Positions 49,973 to 60,783 are shown, numbered from the stretch's first letter. The stretch: DNA of 64,000 nucleotides from Novosphingobium sp. (GCA_041639635.1 JBEQBV010000001.1:2561-66560), one strand, 5' to 3'. Numbers and translations: made by a program. The notes: a model not told the origin generated them from the letters alone.

Positions 49973-50557
49973 TCAGTGCGGTTCGACCCAGCCGATCGAT
50001 CCGTCACCGCGGCGATAGACCATGTTGTGCGTGTCGGTCGCCGCGTTCTTGAACAGCAACGCATTGGTATTGCGCAGATCGAGCATCATCACCGCGTCCG
50101 AAACGCTGGCGGTGGGCACATCCACCCGGGTTTCGGCAATGACCAGCGGCGCATCTGCCGGTTCATCCTCGCTTGATTCGTCATGGGCAAAGACGGTGTA
50201 GGCTGCTTCCTGCACCACGAAGTTCGCCTCATCAGCCTTGCGCGCATGGTCGGCGCCTTCATGCCGGTCCTTGATCCGGCGGCGATAGCGGCGCAGCTGC
50301 TTTTCGATCTTCTCGGCCGACTGGTCGAGCGCAACGTGCGCATCCTGCGCCACCGCGCTGCCCTTCAGGATCAAGCCCTGCGTCACGTGCGTCACGATAT
50401 CGCATCGGAAACCACCGTGCGGAGCCTTGCCCATGGTCACGTGAGAGGAAAGCGCTCGGGAAAAATGCTTCTCGACGATGGCGCCAAGGCGCTCTTCGGC
50501 ATGAGTCTGCAGTGCGGCACCAGTATCGACCTGGTGTCCCGAAACGCGAATATCCAT
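49973..50557 (-). CDS. hpf: ribosome hibernation-promoting factor (long HPF)
   Basis: MDIRVSGHQVDTGAALQTHAEERL… plus a C-terminal dimerisation domain. GGAGA RBS. Confidence 0.9.
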   Translation of the reverse strand: MDIRVSGHQVDTGAALQTHAEERLGAIVEKHFSRALSSHVTMGKAPHGGFRCDIVTHVTQGLILKGSAVAQDAHVALDQSAEKIEKQLRRYRRRIKDRHEGADHARKADEANFVVQEAAYTVFAHDESSEDEPADAPLVIAETRVDVPTASVSDAVMMLDLRNTNALLFKNAATDTHNMVYRRGDGSIGWVEPH

Positions 50558-50613
50558 AGTTCAGTTCTCCTGTTGCTCGGGCCAGATCGCTCTGGCCGTC
50601 CGATCTGCCGCGC

Positions 50614-51318
50614 TTATCCGCGCGACCAGATCGGCTCGCTGAAACCCGCCATGAACGCATCGTGGCGGGCAAGCTCCTCCGCGCTCGCGGCATGCGGGCG
50701 CGGGGAACGGTATGGGCGTGAAGCGCTGCCAGAAACCAGAACGGTCTCCTGCGCCAGCGCGGCATCGGCTCTTGCGGCAACCTCTGCCGCCAGTTCGAGC
50801 CCGATCTGCCTTCCGCCCAGTAACTCAACATAAAGCTGCGCCAGCAGTTCCGCATCCAGCAGTGCACCATGCTTGGTGCGGTGGCTGCGGTCTATGCCAT
50901 AGCGCGAACACAGCGCATCAAGGCTGAGCTTGGCTCCGGGATGCTTGCGCCGGGCAATGGCAACCGTATCGACCATCCGGTCCCGGCTGACCGGCTCCAG
51001 CCCACACATTTCCAACTCGTTGTTGATGAACCCGAAATCGAACCCGGCATTGTGCGCCACCAGCGGCGCGTCGGCGATGAAATCGAGGAAGTCCCCTGCC
51101 TTCTCGGCAAACTTGGGCTTGTCTGCCAGAAACGTGATCGACAGGCCGTGAACAGCCTCTGCCTCGGCCGGCATGTCACGCTCAGGGTTGAAATAACAAT
51201 GGAAAACCGCGCCAGAAGGCACCCGGTTGACCATTTCGATGCAGCCAATTTCCACCAGCCGATCCCCGCTTCTGGGGTCCAGTCCAGTCGTCTCGGTATC
51301 GAAAACGATCTCACGCAT
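50614..51318 (-). CDS. dnaQ: DNA polymerase III subunit epsilon
   Basis: Exo I motif EIVFDTETTGLD and Exo III motif …HGALLDAELLAQLY…. Confidence 0.93.
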   Translation of the reverse strand: MREIVFDTETTGLDPRSGDRLVEIGCIEMVNRVPSGAVFHCYFNPERDMPAEAEAVHGLSITFLADKPKFAEKAGDFLDFIADAPLVAHNAGFDFGFINNELEMCGLEPVSRDRMVDTVAIARRKHPGAKLSLDALCSRYGIDRSHRTKHGALLDAELLAQLYVELLGGRQIGLELAAEVAARADAALAQETVLVSGSASRPYRSPRPHAASAEELARHDAFMAGFSEPIWSRG

Positions 51319-51360
51319 CCATAGTTATGTGGACCTGCAAAGGGGGGCTGGCAAGGGGCG

Positions 51361-51972
51361 CTAGAGCTTCGCCGTCCGGTTTTTTTCGCGTATCTGTGCG
51401 ACCAGCTGCACCACCTGCGCTTTTGTTTCGGCCAGGCCCACTCCGGTGTTGATCACATGATCGGCCCGCGCCCGCTTTTCCGCATCGGGCACTTGCAGCG
51501 AAAGGATGTGCGCAAACTTTTCCGCGGTCATGCCGGGCCGCGCCAGCACACGTTCGCGCTGCACGTGGGCAGGGGCAGATACCACCATCACCGCATCCAG
51601 ATCGCTTCCATGACCCTTTTCATACAGCAGCGGAATGTCGAACACGACCAGCGACTCACCCATGTGCTCGATCATGAACGCCTCGCGCATCCGCGCCACG
51701 GCAGGGTGAACAATCGCCTCCAGTCGCGCCAGCGCCGCCGCATCGCCAAAGACTTTTGCCCCCAGCTCCTGCCGCTTCACGCCTTGCGGCCCGGTCGTGC
51801 CCGGAAACGCCGCCTCGATCGCTGGCAGCAACTCACCCTGCGGCCCCTGCAGGTGATGCACGGCGGCATCGGCATCGAACACAGGCACGCCCAGTTCACG
51901 CAGCATCATTGCCACGGCAGACTTGCCCATGCCGATCGATCCGGTCAGCCCCAGCACATAGGGCCTGCTCAA
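51361..51972 (-). CDS. coaE: dephospho-CoA kinase
   Basis: P-loop GLTGSIGMGKS. Confidence 0.92.
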   Translation of the reverse strand: MSRPYVLGLTGSIGMGKSAVAMMLRELGVPVFDADAAVHHLQGPQGELLPAIEAAFPGTTGPQGVKRQELGAKVFGDAAALARLEAIVHPAVARMREAFMIEHMGESLVVFDIPLLYEKGHGSDLDAVMVVSAPAHVQRERVLARPGMTAEKFAHILSLQVPDAEKRARADHVINTGVGLAETKAQVVQLVAQIREKNRTAKL

Positions 51973-52826
51973 CCCGCAATCCTCCGCCGCAATTCCACGT
52001 CCGCCTCACCCCGCGGCGGCACAGCCCCAAAGAACCGGCGAAACGCATGGTCCGCCTGACCGATCAGCATCGATAGCCCGTCCACCGTACGGAATCCCAA
52101 ACCTCTAGCAGACTTGAGAAACGCCGTATCCAACGGAGAAGTAACGATATCATAGAAGATCGACCCCGGCGGCGCATGGCTCAGGTCAAAGACGAGTGGC
52201 GGCTGCCCGCTCATCCCCAGCGACGAGGCATTGACCACCAGATCAAAACACCCTTCCCGGTCATCAAAGGCAAAGTCGGTCGCATCGGCAAAGTGATCCA
52301 GCGGCGCCACATGGTGCTCGCCGCCCGGGTCAAGCTCATCCAGCAGCGCGCGCGCCTTGTTGCCATTGCGCCCGGCCAGCACGATCACCATCCCCGCATC
52401 GGCCAAGGCCGTGATGATCGCCCGCGCCGCCCCGCCTGTGCCGAGAACCCGCGCCATGCGAAAATAATGCGTCTTGCCCAACTCTTCACGCAACGGCTCC
52501 AGAAACCCCGGCGCGTCGGTGTTATATCCCACCAGCCCACCATCTTCGGGCACGATGGTGTTCACCGCCCCGATCCGCGCGGCCAGCGGATCCAGCCGGT
52601 CGAGCAGCGGGATCACGGCCTGCTTGTGCGGCATCGTCACATTGCAACCGCGCCAATCCGGGTCCGCCCGCCGCGCGGCCAGATAGTCGGCCAGCCCCTC
52701 AGCCGTCACATGGGCCCGGTCATAGCGTCCTCCCAGCCCCAATTGTTCCAGCCAGAACCCATGGATGACCGGCGATTTGGATTGCGCAATCGGGTCCCCG
52801 ATCACTTCGGCATAAGGCGCGCTCAA
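51969..52826 (-). CDS. aroE: shikimate dehydrogenase
   Basis: …[18 protein letters not shown]… and …[10 protein letters not shown]… There is a 4-nt overlap with the neighbour on each side. Confidence 0.9.
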   Translation of the reverse strand: MSAPYAEVIGDPIAQSKSPVIHGFWLEQLGLGGRYDRAHVTAEGLADYLAARRADPDWRGCNVTMPHKQAVIPLLDRLDPLAARIGAVNTIVPEDGGLVGYNTDAPGFLEPLREELGKTHYFRMARVLGTGGAARAIITALADAGMVIVLAGRNGNKARALLDELDPGGEHHVAPLDHFADATDFAFDDREGCFDLVVNASSLGMSGQPPLVFDLSHAPPGSIFYDIVTSPLDTAFLKSARGLGFRTVDGLSMLIGQADHAFRRFFGAVPPRGEADVELRRRIAG

Positions 52827-53410
52827 GATGCCAGCTCCCCCTGCGCACGCAAGGCGGCAAGCAGCGCCAGCAAGGGCATCCCCAGCACGCTGAAGTGGCT
52901 GCCGTCGATCTGCTCAAACAGCTGCACCCCCAGCGCCTCAATGCGAAACACCCCAACACAGCCCGAAACAGCGGGCCATTCGCTGTCGAGATAGCTCTGG
53001 ATAAATTGTGGAGAAAGCACCCGAACCTGCAGATTTGCGGTCTCGCAGGTTTTCCACACCACTTGTCCATCACGCATCAGCACAGCGGCGGAATGGAGGT
53101 GCATTTGCTTGCCCGAAAAGAACTCCAGATGCTCCACGGCATTTTCCCGGCTCACCGGCTTGTCGAATTGCCGCCCGGCCACTTCGACCAGCGAATCCCC
53201 GCCCAGCACCAGCCGGCCGGGCATCGCCGATGATACGCACAGCGCTTTGGCCTCGGCCAGAACGCTGGCGATCTGGCAGCCCGGCACCCCGATCAACTCG
53301 CGCTTGATCGCCCCTTCATCCACATCAGAAGCCCGCGCCTCAAACGGCACGCCTGCAGCTTCGAGCATCATCTTGCGCGATGCACTCTGGCTTGCCAGCA
53401 CCAGTGTCAT
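52823..53410 (-). CDS. maf: Maf family nucleotide pyrophosphatase
   Basis: …[21 protein letters not shown]… and …GGDSLVEV…. Confidence 0.9.
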   Translation of the reverse strand: MTLVLASQSASRKMMLEAAGVPFEARASDVDEGAIKRELIGVPGCQIASVLAEAKALCVSSAMPGRLVLGGDSLVEVAGRQFDKPVSRENAVEHLEFFSGKQMHLHSAAVLMRDGQVVWKTCETANLQVRVLSPQFIQSYLDSEWPAVSGCVGVFRIEALGVQLFEQIDGSHFSVLGMPLLALLAALRAQGELAS

Positions 53411-54246
53411 ATCGGCTTCACCCCATCCCCGCTGCCACCTGCGGCCACACGTTCATTGTAAAGATTGATCACCGCTGCAGCCGTTTCTTCAATAGAGCGG
53501 CGCGAAACGTCAATCACCGCCCAGCCATTATCGGCAAACATGCGCCGGGCATACTGCACTTCGCGGGTCACTTGCTCGTTGTCGACATAGGCTGTCTCGG
53601 GTGCCTGGTTGAGCGACAGCAGCCGGTTGCGCCGCACTGCGATCAGCCGTTCCGGGCTCGTCGTCAGCCCCACCACCAATGGACGCCGCAAGGAAAAAAG
53701 CATCGGTGGCGGCGGGCTTTCCACCACGATCGGGATATTGGCCACCTTGTATCCGCGGTTGGCGAGGTAAATCGAGGTCGGCGTCTTGGAACTGCGCGAA
53801 ACCCCCGCCAGCACGATATCGGCCTCTTCCCAGTTCTCCCAGTTCACCCCATCATCATGCGCAATGGTGAACTGGATCGCATCAACCCTGCGGAAATAGG
53901 CCTCATCCATGATGTGCTGACGGCCCGGACGGCCCTTGGCCTGCACGCCCAGCTGCTGCTGCAAGGCATCGGTCACCGTATCGAGCGCCGCGACACTCGG
54001 CAGACCCAGCGCCATGCACCGCTGCTCCAGCCGTTCGCGCGTTTCGGTATTGACCAGCGTATAGAGCACCAGCCCCGGATTTGCCGCAATCTCGCCCATG
54101 ATGCGATCCAGATGCTGCATCGATCGCACCATCGGCCAGAAATGCCGTACCACATCGGCCCCATCGAATTGCGCCAGCGCCGCCTTGGCAATCATTTCCA
54201 GCGTTTCGCCGGTGGAATCCGACAGGAGATGCAGGTGCAGACGCAT
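53407..54246 (-). CDS. pyruvate, water/phosphate dikinase regulatory protein (DUF299, RP001-type)
   Basis: [17 protein letters not shown]… and P-loop [15 protein letters not shown]. Confidence 0.9.
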   Translation of the reverse strand: MRLHLHLLSDSTGETLEMIAKAALAQFDGADVVRHFWPMVRSMQHLDRIMGEIAANPGLVLYTLVNTETRERLEQRCMALGLPSVAALDTVTDALQQQLGVQAKGRPGRQHIMDEAYFRRVDAIQFTIAHDDGVNWENWEEADIVLAGVSRSSKTPTSIYLANRGYKVANIPIVVESPPPPMLFSLRRPLVVGLTTSPERLIAVRRNRLLSLNQAPETAYVDNEQVTREVQYARRMFADNGWAVIDVSRRSIEETAAAVINLYNERVAAGGSGDGVKPI

Positions 54247-54579
54247 CCGTGAGGCCTTTGTGGAGGGCCCATCCCGCCAACGGGACAGACTTGTGGAAAC
54301 CCCGCCGATAAACCACGGGAGAGGATCAGGGACAAGTTCAGACCCCTATTTCACGCTCCCTTCGAGTCCTGCTCCGCTCAGTTTGTCGACAGGTGGACAG
54401 GGTTTTCCCCAGCCTGTGGAGAGTGGTGAGAACTTCAGCTTGACCCGAAACTGTCCAGAGTCGCAGACACCGAAAAGTGTGGAAGCGGACTCACAAATCG
54501 GGCAGACCACCACAAACCCCGATATCCACAGGGCCAACTAACACCATCAACCTGATTCTAAGAATCTAGTTTAAGTAGA
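54247..54579. other. candidate chromosomal replication origin (oriC)
   Basis: The hemE / DUF299 intergenic position is the one occupied by Cori in Caulobacter and Rickettsia. TGTGGA-core DnaA-box-like motifs lie at 54259, 54292, 54415 and 54478 (all same orientation), plus ATATCCACA (8/9) at 54522-54530. GANTC sites lie at 54364, 54458, 54488, 54554 and 54562. An AT-rich tract spans 54538-54585. Confidence 0.5.
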
Positions 54580-55635
54580 ATGGATCGAAGCACGATGCCT
54601 GAAACGCCCGAAGCCGGCCCCCTTCTCCGCACGCTCAGAGGGGAAAACCTTGCTTCCCGGCCGATCTGGCTAATGCGGCAGGCCGGGCGCTATCTGCCCG
54701 AATACCGCGCGCTCCGTGCCGAAAAGGGCGGCTTCCTCGCGCTGGTCTATGATACCGATGCCGCGGCCGAAGTTACCGTGCAGCCGATCCGCCGCTTTGG
54801 CTTCGATGGCGCGATCCTGTTTTCCGATATCCTGATCGTGCCTTACGCGATGGGGCAGGATCTGAAATTCCTCGTCGGCGAAGGCCCCGACCTTTCTCCC
54901 CGCCTGCTCGATGTGGCACTGGAAAGCCTCACCGCCGTGCCAGAGCGCCTTTCCCCGATCTACGAGACGGTGGCCAAGGTAAAAGCGCTGATCAGCCCTC
55001 AAACCACGCTGCTGGGCTTTGCAGGGTCTCCGTGGACGGTCGCCACCTACATGGTCGCTGGCGAAGGCAGCCGCGATCACCATGATACCCGCGCGCTCGC
55101 CTATCGCGATCCTTCGGCGTTTCAGGCGATCATCGACGCGATCTGCGATGTGACGATCGAATACCTTTCAGGTCAGGCTGATGCGGGCGCGCAGGGCCTG
55201 CAACTGTTCGATTCCTGGGCCGGCAGCCTCTCGCCCGCGCAGTTCGAACGCTGGGTCATTGCCCCCAATGCCAAGATCACCGCCGAAATGCAGCGCCGCT
55301 ATCCGCACGTGCCGATCATCGGCTTCCCCAAGGGCGCGGGCGAAAAGCTTGCCGCCTATGCCCGCGAAACCGGCGTCAATGCCGTGGGCGTGGATGAAAC
55401 CATCGACCCGCTGTGGGCCGCGCGCGAATTGCCCGCTGGTATGCCGGTGCAGGGTAATCTCGATCCGCTGCTGTTGCTTTCAGGCGGCGCAGACTTGGAA
55501 AAGCACACGATCCGCGTGCTCGAAGCCTTCGCCGACCGCCCGCATGTTTTCAACCTTGGCCACGGCATCGGCCAGCATACACCCATCGAAAACGTCGAGG
55601 CGCTGCTGAAGATCGTGCGGGGCTGGTCGCATTGA
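54580..55635 (+). CDS. hemE: uroporphyrinogen decarboxylase
   Basis: …RPIWLMRQAGRYLPEYRALR… The start is ATG 54580 or ATG 54595. Confidence 0.94.
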   Translation: MDRSTMPETPEAGPLLRTLRGENLASRPIWLMRQAGRYLPEYRALRAEKGGFLALVYDTDAAAEVTVQPIRRFGFDGAILFSDILIVPYAMGQDLKFLVGEGPDLSPRLLDVALESLTAVPERLSPIYETVAKVKALISPQTTLLGFAGSPWTVATYMVAGEGSRDHHDTRALAYRDPSAFQAIIDAICDVTIEYLSGQADAGAQGLQLFDSWAGSLSPAQFERWVIAPNAKITAEMQRRYPHVPIIGFPKGAGEKLAAYARETGVNAVGVDETIDPLWAARELPAGMPVQGNLDPLLLLSGGADLEKHTIRVLEAFADRPHVFNLGHGIGQHTPIENVEALLKIVRGWSH

Positions 55636-56144
55636 TCGTCCGGCCCGCCACACCGGCGGACCATGCTTCGATCAGTCGCATCATCCTGCCAGTGATCCGG
55701 GCGGGCGAAACCTATGCGCTCGACCGGGGCATGAGCGAGGAAGCGGCACTGGCCTATTGGTGCGGCGCAGACAGATTTACCTTTGTCGTTCAAGCCGATG
55801 ATGGCGCGATTTTGGGAACGTACTATCTTCGCCAGAACCAGCAGGGCGGCGGCGCGCATGTGGCCAATTGCGGTTACATGACGGCCCCTGATGCCACCGG
55901 CAAAGGCATCGCCCGGGCAATGTGCCTGCACTCGCTCAGCGAAGCCAGCAGGCGCGGCTTTCGCGCAATGCAGTTCAATTTCGTGGTCAGTTCCAACACA
56001 CGCGCCGTCGGCTTGTGGAAATCGCTCGGCTTTGCGGAAGTCGGTTGCTTGCCGCTTGCCTTTGATCATCCCCTGCTCGGGTTCGTCGATGCGCTGGTCA
56101 TGTTTCGCACGCTGGAAATGGAACCGGCATCGGGCACGGCATGA
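55632..56144 (+). CDS. GNAT family N-acetyltransferase
   Basis: MIVRPATPADHASISRII… and …GKGIARAMCLHSLSEA… The TTG start overlaps the hemE stop. Confidence 0.8.
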   Translation: MIVRPATPADHASISRIILPVIRAGETYALDRGMSEEAALAYWCGADRFTFVVQADDGAILGTYYLRQNQQGGGAHVANCGYMTAPDATGKGIARAMCLHSLSEASRRGFRAMQFNFVVSSNTRAVGLWKSLGFAEVGCLPLAFDHPLLGFVDALVMFRTLEMEPASGTA

Positions 56145-56220
56145 TGGACCCTTGCAAACCGCGCCTTACACGCCGAAATAGCCGCCAGAGGGGCGCAAAC
56201 GGCAGGCGAGAGCGCAACAC

Positions 56221-56664
56221 ATGCAGCAGGTATTGGCAATGCTCTATCTCTGGCTGAAAGCCGGCCATGTCATTTTCGTGATCTTCTGGATGGCGGGCCT
56301 GTTCATGCTGCCGCGCTTCTTCGTCTATCATCAGGAAGCGCCCGAAGGCTCGCCCGAAAACGCGATCTGGGTAGACCGTGAGCGCAAGCTGATGAAGATC
56401 ATCATGTGGCCCGCGCTCGTCGTCGTCTGGGTGCTGGGCCTGCTGCTCACCGTCAGCGGCGAATGGTTCACGCAGGGCTGGTTCCATGTAAAACTTCTCG
56501 CAGTTCTGGTGCTCACCGCCTACCATTTCTGGCTTGCCACCTATGCGCAAAACCTTGCCGCTGGCATTCGCAAGCTTTCGGGCAAGAAGTTGCGCCTGCT
56601 CAACGAAATCCCTGGCGTCACCGCAGCCATCATCGTCATCATGGTGATCGTAAAGCCGTTCTGA
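56221..56664 (+). CDS. hemJ: protoporphyrinogen oxidase HemJ
   Basis: …LWLKAGHVIFVIFWMAGLFMLPRFFVYH… Four TM segments, 147 aa. Confidence 0.85.
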   Translation: MQQVLAMLYLWLKAGHVIFVIFWMAGLFMLPRFFVYHQEAPEGSPENAIWVDRERKLMKIIMWPALVVVWVLGLLLTVSGEWFTQGWFHVKLLAVLVLTAYHFWLATYAQNLAAGIRKLSGKKLRLLNEIPGVTAAIIVIMVIVKPF

Positions 56665-56668
56665 CCTT

Positions 56669-56712
56669 CTCCCCTCCCGCTTGTGGGAGGGGCTGGGGGA
56701 GGGCATGTTGCA
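56669..56712 (+). repeat. 44-bp repeat, family 2 (hairpin cccctccc-gcttgt-gggagggg plus tail ctgggggagggcatgttgca)
   Basis: 42/44 identical to 63412-63455. It begins 5 nt after the hemJ stop. Confidence 0.75.
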
Positions 56713-56882
56713 GCCGGGCGGCCATCCCTGATTGACTAAACCTGCCCCACGGCATATCCCCGCGTCGTCCGGAACACAGATGCGCTGCCCCTGATGCAGC
56801 CGCCCTCTTGCTTTCTCCAAGCCCTTCAGAGGCTTCCGGCCATCGACCTACCCCTTTGCATTCCCATTGGAATCACACGAAA

Positions 56883-58139
56883 ATGCACCTGAAAGAACTC
56901 AAGAAAAAAACCCCGGCAGAGCTGGTCCAGATGGCCGAAGAGCTCGAGGTCGAAGGCGCCAGCACGCTGCGCCGCCAGGACCTGATGTTCGCCATCCTCA
57001 AGGAAATGGCTGAAGACGGCGAAGAAATCCTTGGCATCGGCACCATCGAAGTCCTGCCCGATGGCTTCGGTTTCCTGCGCAGCCCCGAAGCGAACTACCT
57101 CGCCGGGCCTGATGACATCTATGTCTCGCCCAACCAGGTCCGCAAGTGGGGCCTGCGCACTGGCGATACGGTCGAAGGCGAAGTCCGCGCGCCCAAGGAT
57201 GGCGAGCGCTATTTCGCGATCACCCGCCTGATCAAGGTCAACTTCGACGAGCCTGACGCCGTCCGCCATCGCGTCAACTTTGACAACCTGACCCCGCTCT
57301 ATCCCAACGAGCGCCTGAAGCTCGACACGCTTGATCCCACGGTCAAGGACAAGTCGGCGCGCGTGATCGATCTGATCAGCCCGCAAGGCAAGGGCCAGCG
57401 CGCGCTGATCGTCGCTCCGCCCCGTACCGGCAAGACCGTGCTCTTGCAGAACATGGCCAAGGCCATCACCGACAATCACCCGGAAGTGTTCCTGATCGTC
57501 CTGCTGGTCGATGAACGTCCCGAGGAAGTCACCGACATGCAGCGCAGCGTGAAGGGTGAGGTTATCTCCTCAACCTTTGACGAGCCTGCCACCCGCCACG
57601 TGCAGGTTGCCGAAATGGTGATCGAAAAGGCCAAGCGCCTGGTCGAACACAAGCGCGATGTCGTGATCCTGCTCGATTCGATCACCCGCCTTGGCCGTGC
57701 CTACAACACCGTCGTGCCTTCATCGGGCAAAGTGCTGACCGGCGGTGTCGATGCCAACGCCCTGCAGCGTCCGAAGCGCTTCTTCGGTGCAGCCCGCAAT
57801 ATCGAAGAAGGCGGTTCGCTCTCGATCATCGCTACCGCGCTGATCGATACCGGCAGCCGCATGGATGAAGTGATTTTCGAAGAGTTCAAGGGCACCGGCA
57901 ACTCGGAAATCGTGCTCGACCGCAAGGTTTCCGACAAGCGCATCTTCCCCGCGCTCGACGTGGGCAAGAGTGGCACCCGCAAGGAAGAACTGCTCGTGCC
58001 GAAGGATCAGCTGTCAAAGATGTGGGTCCTGCGCCGTATCCTCATGCAGATGGGCACGATCGACGCGATGGAATTCCTGCTCGACAAGATCAAGGATTCC
58101 AAGACCAACGAAGATTTTTTCGCAACGATGAACCAGTAA
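56883..58139 (+). CDS. rho: transcription termination factor Rho
   Basis: [25 protein letters not shown]…, an RNA-binding cold-shock-like domain and Walker [12 protein letters not shown]. Confidence 0.96.
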   Translation: MHLKELKKKTPAELVQMAEELEVEGASTLRRQDLMFAILKEMAEDGEEILGIGTIEVLPDGFGFLRSPEANYLAGPDDIYVSPNQVRKWGLRTGDTVEGEVRAPKDGERYFAITRLIKVNFDEPDAVRHRVNFDNLTPLYPNERLKLDTLDPTVKDKSARVIDLISPQGKGQRALIVAPPRTGKTVLLQNMAKAITDNHPEVFLIVLLVDERPEEVTDMQRSVKGEVISSTFDEPATRHVQVAEMVIEKAKRLVEHKRDVVILLDSITRLGRAYNTVVPSSGKVLTGGVDANALQRPKRFFGAARNIEEGGSLSIIATALIDTGSRMDEVIFEEFKGTGNSEIVLDRKVSDKRIFPALDVGKSGTRKEELLVPKDQLSKMWVLRRILMQMGTIDAMEFLLDKIKDSKTNEDFFATMNQ

Positions 58140-58163
58140 AATTGTGTGACAACATGACCATCG

Positions 58164-58197
58164 AGGGCGGGGATAAATTCTCCGCCCTTTCTTGTTT
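58164..58197 (+). terminator. intrinsic terminator after rho
   Basis: agggcgg-N11-ccgccct followed by ttcttgttt. Confidence 0.6.
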
Positions 58198-58206
58198 CAA
58201 CAAGCC

Positions 58207-60783
58207 ATGCCCGCCACATTCCAACTTATGGCCAACCGCACGCCTGCACAACCGCGCAAGCCCAGCCACACCGGTGTGGTCAAGGCGGTGCTTGGCCCCA
58301 CCAACACCGGCAAGACTCACCTCGCCATCGAACGTCTCTGCGCGCATTCCTCCGGTGCCATAGGCTTCCCGCTTCGTCTGCTCGCCCGCGAAGTCTATGA
58401 CCGGGTCTGCGCGATCAAAGGCACGGAAAACGTTGCGCTGATCACCGGCGAAGAACGCATCGAGCCGAAGGGCGCACGCTGGCATCTCTGCACGGTAGAG
58501 GCCATGCCCTCCCGCCCTGATCTGGCGTTCGTGGCACTCGACGAAGCCCAACTCTCTGCCGATCCCGAACGCGGCCATATCTTCACCGACCGCCTGCTCC
58601 ACACGCGCGGACGCGAAGAAACGATGCTGCTCGGCTCTTCCACGCTCGAACCAATGGTCAAGGCGCTGTTGCCCGAGGCCGAAATCGTCACACGCCCCCG
58701 TTTCTCCACGCTCAGCCATATTGGTGCCAAGAAGCTCTCGCGCATCCCGCCGCGCAGCGCCATCGTCGCTTTCAGTGCCGAACAAGTCTATGTCATGGCC
58801 GAAATGCTCCGCCGCTTCCGAGGCGGTGCGGCGGTGGTCATGGGCGCGCTTTCACCGCAGACGCGCAACGCTCAGGTCGCAATGTATCAGGCAGGCGAGG
58901 TCGATTACCTCGTCGCTACCGATGCGGTCGGCATGGGCCTCAACCTCGATGTCCACCATGTGGCCTTCGCAGGCCTCTCGAAATACGACGGACACCGCCA
59001 GCGCCGCCTGACCACTGCCGAAATGGCGCAGATTGCGGGCCGCGCCGGACGTCACCAGCGCGATGGCACCTTCGGCACGCTGGCCGGAACCGGTGGCCAC
59101 GATCCCGAATTCAGCGATGACGAAATCTATGCGATCGAAGAACACCGCTTCGCCCCCCTCACCCGCCTCTACTGGCGCGAGGCCGAACCGCGTTTCGATA
59201 CCATCGCCACGCTGATCGACGATCTCGAAAGCTTCCCGCCCCTTCCCCAGCTTGCCATGCCCCCGCAGGCGATAGATCTCGCCGTGCTCAAGCATCTGGC
59301 CGATGATGCCGAAGTCGCCGCCAGCGTGCGCGGCAAGGGATCGGTCCAGCGCTTCTGGAACGTCTGCCGCCTCCCCGATTTCCGTCAACAAGGTGCCGAA
59401 ACCCACAGCCGCTTCGTGGCCCGCCTGTGGCAAGACTTGCGTGGCGGCTACCTCGGCGCCGATTTCGTGGCCCAGGCCATCGCCCAGCTCGATAACCCCT
59501 CGGGCGATATCGACACCTTGCAGGCGCGCATCGCCGCGATCCGGTCATGGTCCTACATCGCGCAGCGCCCCGATTGGGTACTGGCGCGTGACGAGATGGC
59601 CGCCCGCGCCCGCGCCGTGGAGGCACGCCTGTCCGATGCCCTCCACGCGCGGCTCACCGAACGCTTCGTCAACCGCCGCACCACTGTGCTGATGCGCAAG
59701 GCCGGGGCCGATGCGGGCCTGCTGCCCGTGCGCTTGTCAGAGGAAGGCGCACTGCTGGTAGACGACGAACCCATCGGCCACATCGAAGGCTTCCGCTTCG
59801 TCGTCGATCCGCTGGCCCGGGCCGAGGACCGCCGTCTCCTGCTCGCCGCTGCCGAACGCCACCTGCCCGGCTTGCTCGCCAATCGCGCGGCAAAGTTGAT
59901 CGCGGCCACCGATGATCCGCATGGACTGGAATTCGAAGACACCGCGCTGATCTGGGAAAACCATGTCGTCGCCCGGCTCGAACGCGGCCGTCGCTTGCTG
60001 GAACCGCGCCTGCGCCCCGATCCGGCGCTGGATCGTCTGTCCGCGCTGGACAAGGCCCGCGTGATTGCTGCGCTGGAAACCTGGCTCGCCCGCCATCACG
60101 CCCGCAGCCTCGCCCCGCTGATCGCGCTGGATCAGGCAAGCCTCGATCCTGCCTCAGGCCCGGAATTGCGCGCACTGCTGCTCCATCTGGTCGAATCCGG
60201 CGGCGTGCTTGCGCGCGCGGATTCGGGGCTGGAGCGCCTCGATCCCGCCCAGCGCGCCCGGCTCAAGAAACTTGGCGTACGCATCGGGGCGCTCGATCTC
60301 TTCGTGCCCGCTGCGCTGCGCCCGGCCTCGCTGCAATCGTGGCATCGCCTTGCCAGACTCTCCGCGCGCCCAGCCCCGCTGCCGCCCGAAGCGTTGCAGC
60401 CGGTTGTCCACTCCAGCATTGCCCCTGCCGGTTATCGCCGCTTCGGCCGGGAATCGCTGCGCGTCGATCTCGCTGAAAAGCTGCTCCATGCCGCCCATGC
60501 CGTGCGAATGAGCACAAAGGCGCGCCGGGTCTTTCTCGATCCCGCCATCGCGCGCTCGATGAACCTGTCGACCGCAGCCTATGCCGCTTTGCTGCGCGCA
60601 GGCGGCTTTCGCGTCCACATGGGACAGCCCTTGCCGACCAACGCCTTTGGGCCGGCGCAGCCGCCCCTCTGGGACTGGCGACCGCCACGCCCCTCGTCGC
60701 GCGCCGCACCCGTGCCTGATTCCGTTCCATCCGCACCACCAACCGGCGCTTTTGCGGCCCTTGCCGCATTGGTAGCCAGATAA
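58207..60783 (+). CDS. SUV3-like ATP-dependent RNA helicase (helicase-related protein)
   Basis: Walker A GPTNTGKTH, DEAQ box (VALDEAQLS), …LVATDAVGMGLNL… and a long C-terminal extension. ATG 58207 is chosen because TTG 58192 lies inside the rho terminator. Confidence 0.85.
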   Translation: MPATFQLMANRTPAQPRKPSHTGVVKAVLGPTNTGKTHLAIERLCAHSSGAIGFPLRLLAREVYDRVCAIKGTENVALITGEERIEPKGARWHLCTVEAMPSRPDLAFVALDEAQLSADPERGHIFTDRLLHTRGREETMLLGSSTLEPMVKALLPEAEIVTRPRFSTLSHIGAKKLSRIPPRSAIVAFSAEQVYVMAEMLRRFRGGAAVVMGALSPQTRNAQVAMYQAGEVDYLVATDAVGMGLNLDVHHVAFAGLSKYDGHRQRRLTTAEMAQIAGRAGRHQRDGTFGTLAGTGGHDPEFSDDEIYAIEEHRFAPLTRLYWREAEPRFDTIATLIDDLESFPPLPQLAMPPQAIDLAVLKHLADDAEVAASVRGKGSVQRFWNVCRLPDFRQQGAETHSRFVARLWQDLRGGYLGADFVAQAIAQLDNPSGDIDTLQARIAAIRSWSYIAQRPDWVLARDEMAARARAVEARLSDALHARLTERFVNRRTTVLMRKAGADAGLLPVRLSEEGALLVDDEPIGHIEGFRFVVDPLARAEDRRLLLAAAERHLPGLLANRAAKLIAATDDPHGLEFEDTALIWENHVVARLERGRRLLEPRLRPDPALDRLSALDKARVIAALETWLARHHARSLAPLIALDQASLDPASGPELRALLLHLVESGGVLARADSGLERLDPAQRARLKKLGVRIGALDLFVPAALRPASLQSWHRLARLSARPAPLPPEALQPVVHSSIAPAGYRRFGRESLRVDLAEKLLHAAHAVRMSTKARRVFLDPAIARSMNLSTAAYAALLRAGGFRVHMGQPLPTNAFGPAQPPLWDWRPPRPSSRAAPVPDSVPSAPPTGAFAALAALVAR

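Noticed and set aside
54247-54594. CtrA boxes (TTAA-N7-TTAA) in the candidate origin
   Set aside because: I looked for them and found only half-sites (for example tttaagtagaatgg). No claim of CtrA control is made.
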